Origin: Balamuthia mandrillaris
Lineage: Eukaryota
Reading direction: 5' to 3'
Assembly: GCA_031835245.2 (NCBI GenBank)
Contig: JAVKOQ020000002.1
Coordinates: forward strand, 372,001-436,000
Length of the DNA: 64,000 nt
In this document: positions 53,525-64,000 of the stretch, piece after piece
How positions within the stretch are numbered: the first letter of the stretch is position 1
Layout of the letters: each line of letters starts with the position of its first letter
The notes under the pieces: model-generated
Told to the model about the DNA's origin: nothing
Databases searched by the model: none
Seen by the model: the letters and a program-made list of their open reading frames with translations, nothing else
Made by a program: the position numbers and the translations under genes

Positions 53525-54549
53525 ATGAACGCAGACAAGAAGCGCTTTGCCGTGAAGGCCAAGAAGGTTGGGGTGTTTCGAGACAGGACGGAATTTTTCA
53601 AGCACCACAGGGACGAGACGGTGGGCGCGAGGAAGAACGCCTCGGGCCAGTTTCGCACGACGCTTGGAGGGAGCGTCGTCGACGCGGTGAGCGGCGGCTC
53701 TCACTCCTCGGGCTACTCGGTGGTGGGAAAGGAGGACAAGTCGGCCTTCCTTAGCAAAGATGGAGCTGATGGTATTTACCCCTTCTCTCCTTCACCATTC
53801 TGATTGGATGTGAGAAGAAGAAATCCTACCGAAAATCTTTGTTGCTGATTTTATTTTTCAATGGAACTAGAGCTTAGAGTGGATATACCGCCTGTTTGGA
53901 TGTCCTTAGTTGACGAAGTCAACTACGACATTGAAAGAATCAAATCAAAGAGTACGATAAATGCCTTCTCTCTCTCTCCTCTCTCAATCGCCGCTCTCCT
54001 TTCGCCCTATCTTCTCTTATAGACGGGTTTCGTTATGTCCATCCATGCTGTTCTCATCAAACAAAAAAACCAACAGTCAAAGAGCTGAAGACCTTGCATC
54101 AGAAGCACCTATTGCCTGGCTTTGATGACCGAGTCGAGGAGGAACAAGCCATTGAAATCCAAACTGGCGAAATAACTGAAGTTAGTTTTTCTTTCTCGTC
54201 ATTTCTTTCTCTTTTTTCTCTTTTCTCATTTTTCTTTTTCTTTTTTCTTTTTTCTTTTTTCTTTTTTCTTTTTTCTTTTTTCTTTTTTCTTTTTTTCTTT
54301 CAGTTGTTCCACAAAGCGCAAGCGCGTGTTAAAGCACTGGGAAAGAGACCTTCCAACAGCGATGAAGAAGAACGAATGAAAAAGAACGTGCAGATGAACC
54401 TTGCCTCCTCCCTTCAATCCCTTTCCTCTCGTTTCCGTTCCTCTCAAAAGTCTTATCTACAAAGTACATTTCTCGCTTCTGCATTCTCTCGTTCTCCACT
54501 TTTCTTATGCCTCCTTTTTGTATTGCTTTTCTTGATCTCATCTAACTTT

Positions 54550-54586
<37 letters not shown>

Positions 54587-55242
54587 ATAAGATTTGCAAG
54601 CAAGGAATGATCAGTCGAACCGATTCAGCTATTCAGAGGTAATGCTGGAAGAAGGAAATGGTGGATCCGCACCGGGCCAGCTATCCATGGATATGTATGA
54701 CACAGGCTTTGATGAAAAGCAGCTGCGAGAATTGGAGAAGATAGAAGGCGAAGTGGATAGCAGAACGCATGAAATAATGAACATTCAGAGGTCCATCATC
54801 GACTTGGCGGAGATATTCAGAGAGCTTGCTATACTTATTGTCGATCAGGTACTTATCATTTTCAGAGAGGGAGAGAGAGAGAGAGAGAGATTGAGAGAGA
54901 GAGAGAGAGTGAGAGAGAGAGAGAACCGTCTAATCAGCCCTCATCTCATCATTTTCTGAACACGAAAAAAGGGAACTATATTAGATCGTATCGACTACAA
55001 CATTGAGAACACAGCAGTTAACATCGACCATGTCGTTAAGGAACTGGATGAAGTACGCCTCTCTCCTATTTCCCCCTCTTCTTGCGTTAACCCGACGTTA
55101 TCTTAAAAAATGTTGTTTTGTTAAAAAAAAAAAGGGAGAAAAGCTACAAAAGAAGACAGGACGGAAGTTGATAATGTTATTGTTGTGCATGATTATTCTT
55201 GGCCTCGTCATCGCCATTCTCGCCAAAGCCCTTCTCTCTTAG
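53525..55242 (+). CDS. STX16: Syntaxin-16/Tlg2 (Qa-SNARE)
   Basis: RDRTEFF N-peptide, PPVWM, LHQKHLLPGFDD, FRELAILIVDQGTILDRIDYNIE and a C-terminal TM. Confidence 0.92.
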
Positions 55243-55415
55243 TATCCCTCCTTTTTTTTTTCTCTCTTGTTTTTTTTTTGCTTTCTTATTCTAAACCCAA
55301 AACAAAATAGTAACTTTCTGTAGATATCAGAACTTTATATATTTTTGTTTCAAACAACAAAACACAAAAACAAAACCAAAAAAATAGCACGCAAAACCAA
55401 AAAAAACACGACCAG

Positions 55416-55440
<25 letters not shown>

Positions 55441-55446
<6 letters not shown>

Positions 55447-56332
55447 CTCGAAGAACTGTCTATCAAAAGGAAGAGCCGGCACGCGCGCGACAGGACACTC
55501 CTCGATCACATACTTGACGTTGGCCAGGAAGCCGTTGCCCACGGGTACCGTGCCATGCTTGCCCCCCAGCTTGCCCACAATGAACGTGGTGGCCTTGGGA
55601 TGGCCCGCCTCCTCGTAGGCCCTCACATCCGTCATGGTATTGCCATAGACCGCCCCGTACTCCAGCCGGTACTCCTCCTTGAGCTTCTTCAGAAACTCTC
55701 GCTTGAAGATGCCGACCGACTTGTAGAAAGGCACGGTGGGGGTGAGGGTGTCCGTCAACAGGATGAGGCCCGGCGGGAAGCCGTGCTGTATCAACCAGTG
55801 CCTGGTCATGTTGTACTGCGACCCGGCCCTCCCGCTGAGGTAGATGGGGAGGTAGCCCTTGATGCTCCAGGCCCGCACCACGGCCACGGCCCCGTCCCGC
55901 AGGCGGGGGTCGTACTTCTGGCGCAGCCAGCTGAGCGTCATTTGGGTGACCACCTGCTCGTCGCCGGGGGTCAGCGTGGCGTCGATATCGAACACGACGG
56001 CCCCGGTGCCGGGCTTGATGATCCAGAGGGAACCGGCCGCCACCGAGCGGTCTCCCTGTTTGGTGTTGTAGGAATCATTCGTTTAGCGTGAAGCGAGGGG
56101 GGAAGATGGAAGGAAAGGAGGGGAATACGGACGAGGACCACCATGCGGACGGGGTAATGGCCGGCGGCGGACTGGATGGGACATTGGCTGTAGGGGACGG
56201 CATGGATGAGGCGGCCATTGCGATCGGTCTCGCTGATGCCGACGGAAGTCCAGGGTCCATAGGGAGGTGTCAACTGCACAAACACCTCCACTTTCTCGTT
56301 GCGAAGATCGAACAAAGCTGAACAAAGCATAG

Positions 56333-56377
<45 letters not shown>

Positions 56378-58241
56378 ATAAGATCGAGCGAGAAGAATGA
56401 TAACATTACCATAACTGAACACGCCATAAAGCAGAACGCAAGGTTCTCCATCTTCAGTGGTGGCAGTGGCGCAGAGAGAAGCGCTGGGGGTGCCTTTGCT
56501 TTTCTTTCCACTGGATTCTTCATCTTTGCTGCCTCGCCTCGTTTCTGCTCCGCTAAGCGTCCCGCTATTGTTGCTGCTGCTGGCGCCTCCACTCTTACCG
56601 CCACTGGCTGTTATTTCCTTCAAGTTGAGTCTGAGCGCTTTGCCATCCGCAAATATCGTCATGACCGAGTCTATTTCTTTTCTTGTTGGAATGTCTTCCT
56701 CCTTAGTGTTACTATGGCTAGTGATGACTTCGCAGGAGGAGCAATCGCTTGGTTGAAAATGAATGCTCTCCTCGTCGTCATCTTGGGTGCCATCTTTGTC
56801 TTTATCATCAGTATCATTTGATTTGTCCGTATCGTCCTCGTTATCGCTGACTGTATCCGCTGCGCTTTCGTCAGCAGCCGACAACGCAGCAATCATCGAA
56901 GAGAAAGAAGGATACGAAGAATCTTGCTCGCCGTTTCCATCCTGCAACATATTTTGCGAGCCGCTCTTGAGGTGTTCGTAGAATATTTGGGTTCCGCTAA
57001 AGTCAGTTACTCCAAGGCAGTTGCCATCCTTCTTCTGCTTCTCTCCATCTTCGGCCTTTGCTATCTTCTTCTCATCGTTTCGTTCTTTCGCTTCTTCTTT
57101 TGCAGAGGACTCTGTTGTTACCTCATCTGCTGCTGATGATATGGTAAAGTCATCATCCGTGTCGTCGTCTCCACCACGTTCTTCTTCATTCAAATAAAAG
57201 TCTTTCGTTAGAGTGGTCGTCGTTATTGTCGTTGAAGCATTGTTGTTTTCGCGTGGAAGTGAAGGAGAGCTCATCTCAAGTTTTCCCGAAACGTTGGTTC
57301 GTCTTCTTAGGGAATAAGACGAGTTGGATGGGCTCGAACTCGGAGAAGAAGAACAAGAGGATAATTGTTGTTCCTCTTCAACACGTTGCCTCGCTTTGCC
57401 AATAAACTTGTTTACGTTGCCCACTTGGAAATAGACATTGTTCAATGCGCAGCAGCGATGGTTGGAGCCGTAACCATCCGTGATGGAGGGCATTGGTCGT
57501 GTGAAGGACTCATGGCTGGCTTGCGTGCACCATCGCTCCGGATCAAACTCAACAGGCGGGAGAGCCAAACCATCATCCACCGTATTCTGTTAGAGAGAGA
57601 GAGAGGGAGTAGAGGGAGGGGGAGAGGGAGATTTATATTGTCAGAGAATGAAATAGAAGAAGAGGAGGAGGAGGAAGAAGAAGCAGCAGAAGAAGAACAA
57701 CAACAACAAGAAGAACAACAACAACATAAGACAACAACGTACATTCAAAAAGGTATAGTTCATGCATAGGCGTATCTTAGGCATTGGAGTACCGCCACCA
57801 GCGCCCTTGTTTTGTTGGTGGGCCACAAAGGCAGCGGAGGTCCGTCGCTTGCTACTGATGTAAAGGTTGTGCCAATCGTCATAGACCTCTCCCACCGTCA
57901 AAACGTGCAACGGGATATGCACTGCTGTTAATACTCTGTCTCTGACTGGGCCTGCTTTTTTCTTTACCACCACTCTCAGCTCTGCGTTTGACCTCCATAC
58001 GATGCTGGTTATTGGCGTTGTTTTGTTAAGTAAGAGAAAGGTTCAGACAGAGAAACGGATAGCTCAGAGTAAATACGTACAAATACATGCACACGCCCTT
58101 GGACCATTCCTTTATCCGATACCTTTGATGCTCGCAGTAAAAGTTAATAGACTTATAGTCCTTTTTGTTAAGGTCATGCAACTCTATCTCTGTTTGTTAA
58201 AAAAGTATAACAGCACAGTTCGTGTTAATGAGAGAGAGAGA

Positions 58242-58275
<34 letters not shown>

Positions 58276-58398
58276 ACAAACCTTTGATTTGCAAAAGACC
58301 TGTAAATGGCTTTAACTGTTGAGCTGGGTATTTGCATTCCGCATCCTAAAGAGTTTGTTTCATAACGAATGAATAAGAGCAACAAAGAAAAACAATCA

Positions 58399-58429
<31 letters not shown>

Positions 58430-58721
58430 AACGTACAGTGAAAATATAATAAGTGTTGGCATCCATAAAAGCACAACTCTCAGCCACGTGCCTAAAGCCA
58501 CCAGTCAGCATCACGCAGTTGCCCAACCAAACGGCCTGGCGACGCTCCAGCTTGTCTCTGGTCCAGTTGGCGATGATCCAGTCAACGGCCTCGGACCCGA
58601 CAAAGGCGTCCTGATAGACTGTGTCGTGATAGCGACGCTGCTGCAAAGGCACTTGATGACGGAACGTCCTCCAAAAGTGCATTAACTGTTTTGGTTGCCA
58701 AATGAGAAGAATGAATGGGAC

Positions 58722-58756
<35 letters not shown>

Positions 58757-60317
58757 AAACCTCTTCCTCTGAAATAGAACGCGGCAGCTTATCCGTTCCC
58801 TCAACAATCTTTTTGATGGTGGAGTGACAAGGGATAGAAGACAAGGAGGAGGTCAGAGAGATGCTGCTGTCCTGATGCTGCAACAGCCTTCTCTGCTTAT
58901 CCTTCTCCTTATCTCGTTTCTGCTTCTGTTTTTCCTTTCGCGCAAGCAACACCTCTAGCTCCTTGTACTCAGCCTCTTCTTTCTCCAGCCCTTGCTTCAT
59001 GACTGCATGCTCCTGTTGCAGCTTCTTGATGGCATTCTCCTTGTCGGTGAGTTGCTGCTGCATATCGCGAATGCGCTCCTTCCTGGTCTTCAGCTCTACC
59101 ACCACTATGTTGATGTAGGCCTCCAAGTTCTCTCCTTTGTCCTCCTCCTCCTCCTCCTCCTGTTCGTCTTTCTCTTTCTGTTTCAGCTTTTCGCTTTGTC
59201 GTTGTTCTTCGGCTTCCAGTTTCTTTCTGGGTGTCGGCTTCTGTTGCTTCTTTTTCTTTTTCGTTGTGACTTCTTCTTCCTCCTCTTCCGGCTCGTCCTC
59301 GTTTTCCTCCTCCTCGTTTTCCTCCTGTTCGTTCTCTTCCTCGTTTTCAGAGGCAGAGGAAGCGGTCGCGGAAGAGGCAGAGGAAGAAGCCGCGGAGGAG
59401 GAGGAAGCGGACGATGAGTCCAGCGTCCAACCAACGCGATAGACATCGGCTTTGGCGGCAGCCGAAGCGGCCGTCGCCGAGGACACGCTCAGGTCCAACG
59501 CCCTCCAATTGGTCTTTGGGGAGACGGACAACATCGTCGCCGCTGCGGTGGATGACCTCTTTGCTTTTCTGTTGTTCTTGCTGTTGTTGCTCTTCTTCTT
59601 GTTGTTCTTGTTGGGCTTCTCTTTGTCTTCGTCGTTGTTGACGTCGTCGGTGAAAACGGCCGAAAGAGTTCTTCGCTCTTTCTTCTTTTCGCGTTCGGTG
59701 TTCGCTTTCTCGCTTGCCTTTTTGTTGCTGCTGCTGCTGCTGCTTGAGCTCTTTTTGTTGACGTTGGTGCTGATCGGATTGGTTCTGAGGGAGCTGGGCC
59801 TCAACCTTCCAGGGCTTACTACTCCAGAGCCCGACGAGCCCGAGTCGCTACCAGAGTCGCTGAAGCTATTGCTACTGCTGTTGTTAGTAGCATTATTTCC
59901 GAGGTTGATCGTTTTCGCCTTCTTTCGCATCAAACGAAAGCGGTTTTGTGGTTGCTTGCTGGGGTGGGCGTTGAGGCTGGGCGTTTCCTCCGCATTGTCG
60001 ACGAGGATGGACGGCGTCGAGGTCACGGAAAGGACGACCGGTTCTTCCAGAGTGGAGGACGAGGCAGAAGAAGAAGAAATGGTTTCAGAGGAGAGAGAGG
60101 CGAACGAAGAAGAAGAGTCTTTGGATGAAGAAGAAGTATTTCGAGGAGTAAATAATTGAAGGGCTTTGGCTTTGGTACGGCTCGCTCTGCTGCCTCGTTT
60201 TGAGCCCGACCCGGAGCCTCCTTCCTTCATAGAGGACGAGGCGGCCGAGAAGGAGCTTCGTCGTTGATGCGTAGGCGAAGAAGTCGATAGCGGATCGGGC
60301 ACAGAGAGGTGATCCAT
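55441..60317 (-). CDS. Coiled-coil + DEP + C2-like + Nir/RdgB-type LNS2 (HAD) protein
   Basis: DEP: YQDAFVGSEAVDWI..AVWLG..F.HV..FMD..YYIF. LNS2 region: EKVEVFV..W..ETDRNGRL..GHYPVRMVV.GD..AVVFDIDAT..GAVAVVRAW..GYLPIYLSGR..WL.QHGFP.G..YGN..DV.AY. Confidence 0.85.
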
Positions 60318-61168
60318 TCAAAAAAAAAAACAACCTCTCTTTTGTCAAAATTGATTCGTTCCTATAATAAATGGAGAAGAAAGTAACAAAAAAAAAAACA
60401 AAAAAAGAGAGTAGTTGACTGGGTTGTTGCGAGTCAGCAAAGAACCCTCCTGCTTTGTTTCTTTTATTTCTTTCTGTTATTGTGTTCTATTTTAAAAAAA
60501 AGGCTATTTTAATAAATATAAAACCAATACAAAAATAGGATGAGTGGGGTGGGTGCCTGTGTGTTTCTTTCCTTGAAGTATTGGAGGGAGAGAAACAACA
60601 CACAAAAGCCCACAAAAAAAGGAAAAACAAGTCCGTTGGTGCACGCACAAAAAACGCACCAAACCCCCCTTAACCGTTACAAAAAAAAAAAAAATCCCTC
60701 TGCTCTTCCGGCAATAGCCTTGGTCTCACGCCCCTTTTTCGTTCGTCCAGGGATCAGGAAAAAAAGGGGGGAGGTTTATTTTAAGGATGGGCACGAATAG
60801 CAACAGCTAAAAGTTTCGCTTCGAGCAAGGCGAAAGCTAGTAATGTTTTTTAGAATTTTTTATTTTTTATAGCGAAAATTTCTTTTTATAGCAAAGATCA
60901 ATATATCGGAAAATCTAAGATATGTCCTTTTATATATAGTTGTTTCCCAAATAAAGTAAAGACTACCAAATTAAGTAAATACTGACATAAGCTGACCAAA
61001 TTAAGGAAATTAGCTGACGTCACTGCATTCTATTGCGTGCTTCACATTCTTGAAATTCCAATCCGTCGACAAAAATTTAAATAACTGAAAACGACTTCTC
61101 GAGAAAGAGAGAAGAAAAGGGAGAAGGGAGCATTACCTCTTGCGCTCCTTTTGTGACAGCCGAAAAAA

Positions 61169-62312
61169 ATGAGAGCCATGTGGTCCCTTTTGTTTGGTAA
61201 AAAGAAGAATACCAACGAAGAAAGCGCCAACATCATGCAAGCAAAGACAAAGAACGAGGAGTTGGAAGAAGAGAGCCGCAAGGAAATGGTCAGGTTGTGG
61301 ATTCAGCAAGTTCGGCTGCCTCCTCCTCCCACCGGCGAGGAGGTCGTCCGCGGCATGGAGACGTGGGGTCCTCCGACGCGCATCCTTCCGTACCTTTACT
61401 TGGGGTTCGTTGTTCGTTAGCCGTTTTGTTTTTTGGGATATCTCTAACCGCTTTCTTTGTTCTCCTATAAGTTCCTACTATAATGCCGCTCATTTGCCAA
61501 CATTGAAAGAACACAGAATAACGTATTTATCTTGTTTTTGTTTTTCACCTTGCTGTTGTTTTGTTATGGACCAACCACTAAGAAAGTGGAAAAAACAATA
61601 GGAAGGTGTTAACAGTGGCGCCTGAATGCGGAGAGCTGGCACACAAGACGAACGACGAGGAGGAAGAGGAAGAGTGGGAACTGCACCAACATAAAATATT
61701 CATTGATGATATGGAGAACACTTGGGACGTCTTTGAAGAGTGTTTTGCTGTTATTGGTTTGTTCTCTCTCTCTCTCTCTGCTCTTGAAGTGATGGTGAAA
61801 CGAGAAGAGGAAAGAAAAACAACTGGGCTAATGGCTGATCACAACCGATAGATAACCTACGGACTCAGTTTCAACAACGCAAAACCAACAAACAGAGGAA
61901 AAACAACGAACAACACAACACAGAAGATGGTGGTGCACATAAGGACAGAGAATCAGAAGAAATCGACGAAAGCGAAACAGACGAAATAGAGATAGAAAGC
62001 CAACAACAAGAACAAGAGGAAGAATTGGAGATAGAAGCGGAAGAAGCATGTTTGGTTCACTGCATGAGAGGACGTTCACGTTCCACATCATTAGTGGTGG
62101 CGTACCTGATGGCCCGAGAAGGAATGAGCCTGAAGGAGGCATGGTGGTTCGTCAAGCAGCGAAGACCCATCATTGGGCCGCATCGACATCTAAAAGATCA
62201 ACTCATCCAATACGAGAAGTATTTGAGAGGCTCCAACTCGCTTGATATAATGTCGTGGGCTCAGTGGCAGATCGAACTGGGAAAAGAGAACTCTACTTTT
62301 CTGCCTTACTAA
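61169..62312 (+). CDS. Atypical dual-specificity protein phosphatase
   Basis: PTRILPYLYLGS, LVHCMRGRSRS..VVAYLM and VKQRRPII.P motifs. Confidence 0.9.
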
Positions 62313-62472
62313 ATACACTTTTTGTTGCCGTTGTAAAGAAAAAAGAAAATGACAAGAAAACAACAAAAACATAAACAGAAAAGACGAAATATTTACTTCT
62401 GACCTTATCAAAGCTCCTTTCTAAAGACAGAGCTTCTATCGGTTCATTACGTCTCGATAAAAATGGTTAATA

Positions 62473-64000
62473 TTAATACATAGGGGCACCGTCGCCCTCT
62501 CCATCTCCTTTGTGCCATTCCACAAACTCATCAAAGATAAGCGGCCATGCAGCTATTGGTAACCCCAAATATCTGTGTCAATTCGAATAGAAAAAACAAA
62601 GAAACAGAAAAGAGAGAACGAAAAGAGAGCGAGAGAGAGAGAGCGAGAGAAAGAGAAAGAGAAGCGAATAATGAGCCAAACGTACCCATTTCATCATACT
62701 CAGAAAGATCTTTGGAATAGGCTTTACGGAACTCGAGTAATTGCTGCCAAACGTCCCTGGAAATGGCCTTCTTCTCCTTCTTGTGCAAAAACTCCAACCA
62801 GCTGCCATAGAGCTGCCATCCTCTTGGCTTAAGTAGCATGTCCCAGACTAGCTCTGCTTCTTCTGTCATGAGGATCTTCTTCTCGCCTCGAAGATAGTCA
62901 AACACAAAGTAATAGAAGGATTGGAAGGGACCGTCGCCCTCAATGTCTTTCTTCCATTCGGCCGCTTTGTCTTTCATTTGCTTCAATGTATGACAACTTT
63001 TTTTAAGAAAAATGAATATTTTGAGAATGAGCGTTTAGCGAACCTAGAGAGAGAGAGAGAGAAAGAGAGAGAGTAGAGGACAGAGAGAAAAGAGAGAATG
63101 AGCAGAGAGGAGAGAAGAGAGAGGAGAGAGGAGAGAGGAGAGAGCAGAGAGGAGAGAGCAGAGAGGAGAGAGGAGAGAGAGCAGAGAGCAGAGAGCAGAG
63201 AGGGAGAGAGCAGAGAGGAGAGCAGAGAGCAGAGAGCAGAGAGCAGAGAGCAGAGAGCAGAGAGCAGAGAGGAGAGAGGAGAGAGGAGAGAGGAGAGAGG
63301 AGAGAGGAGAGGAGAGAGGAGAGAGAGAGAGGAGAGAGGAGAGAGCAGAGAGCAGAGAGCAGAGAGCAGAGAGCAGAGAGGAGAGAGCAGAGAGCAGAGA
63401 GGAGAGAGCAGAGAGGAGAGAGCAGAGAGCAGAGAGGAGAGAGCAGAGAGGAGAGAGGAGAGAGCAGAGAGGAGAGAGGAGAGAGAGAGAGAGAGCAGAA
63501 AGTAACCCATAAATAGCCCAGCCGTCCACAAACTCTTGTCGTGTTATCTCCCAAGTGATTTGGCAGTTCAGCTTCCAGGCAACGACCATCATGAGTGGGT
63601 CTTCGTCATCAGTGGCTCCCATATCTTCTTGGTACTTAAGCGCACCGTTGCCTTGTATTATGTCTCCTACATCCTCTGCACTTTCACTCAAATCGATTCC
63701 CGCCGCTGAATGCCAGAAGAAATAATAAGTAAAACAATTTAGACAAAGCAGAAGAACATTGGAGTAGAAGAACGAGAAGCATACCTCTGTACTCGTTAAA
63801 TAGTTTGCTCAACTCCTTAATTTGCGCCTCTGACAGCTTACAATGCAGCGGATGATATCCATCCGGCACAATATTAGCATGCGCGAATGTATCTCTTCCA
63901 AAGTTGAACCTGGCCTTCGTGTTTCTGCCCAGAGCCACAAAAGGGCGGAGCCGAGTGTCAGGAGAGGGAGAGGTGGCGTCGGTGAATGCCTCTCCTAGGC
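62473..64000 (-). CDS. DCN1-like (PONY/cullin-binding) protein with an upstream SPRY-like segment; 5' end outside the window
   Basis: DPLMMVVAWKL..ITRQEFVDGW, FQSFYYFVFDY, KAISRDVWQQLLEF, YDEM.AWPLIFDEFVEW. Upstream LRPFVAL...RFNFG..F....PDGYHP. Confidence 0.85.
63100..63497 (+). repeat. (GAGCA/GAGGA/GA)n compound repeat in a DCN1 intron
   Basis: Directly visible. Confidence 0.9.

Noticed and set aside
60962..61022. Short direct repeat ACCAAATTAAG.AAAT upstream of the DUSP gene
   Set aside because: Only two copies in AT-rich promoter DNA; not distinguishable from a local duplication.

Overview
Gene-dense, intron-rich eukaryotic DNA. Gene content, short GT-AG introns packed with microsatellites and A-rich acceptors suggest a free-living amoebozoan, possibly Balamuthia/Acanthamoeba-like (inference only). 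About 25 protein genes were assembled by hand from the ORF fragments: PPG1-like phosphatase, TRAPPC9, BORCS5, DRE2, a PARP6/8-like protein, a HIT4-like protein, TRM6, SRPRB, ATG5, an ASH-RhoGAP, a receptor-like TKL kinase, a Rab5-type GTPase, UMP-CMP kinase, a BAR-SH3-WW protein, COQ7, mitochondrial TrpRS, RPS6, a sulfotransferase, an acid phosphatase, NAA38, STX16, a DEP-C2-LNS2 protein, a DUSP and a SPRY-DCN1 protein. There is also one tRNA-Glu(TTC) and a retroelement protease relic. The most unusual signals are: (1) an ~800-bp array next to the tRNA-Glu gene with about 11 copies of that tRNA's first ~22 nt, arranged mostly as inverted pairs with variable loops and enclosing a frameshifted F-box fragment; (2) a clear U12-type AT-AC intron in the Rab gene; (3) several unusual domain architectures; (4) recurrent promoter motifs. 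Exon boundaries and homologies come from reading and recalled family motifs, not from database searches.
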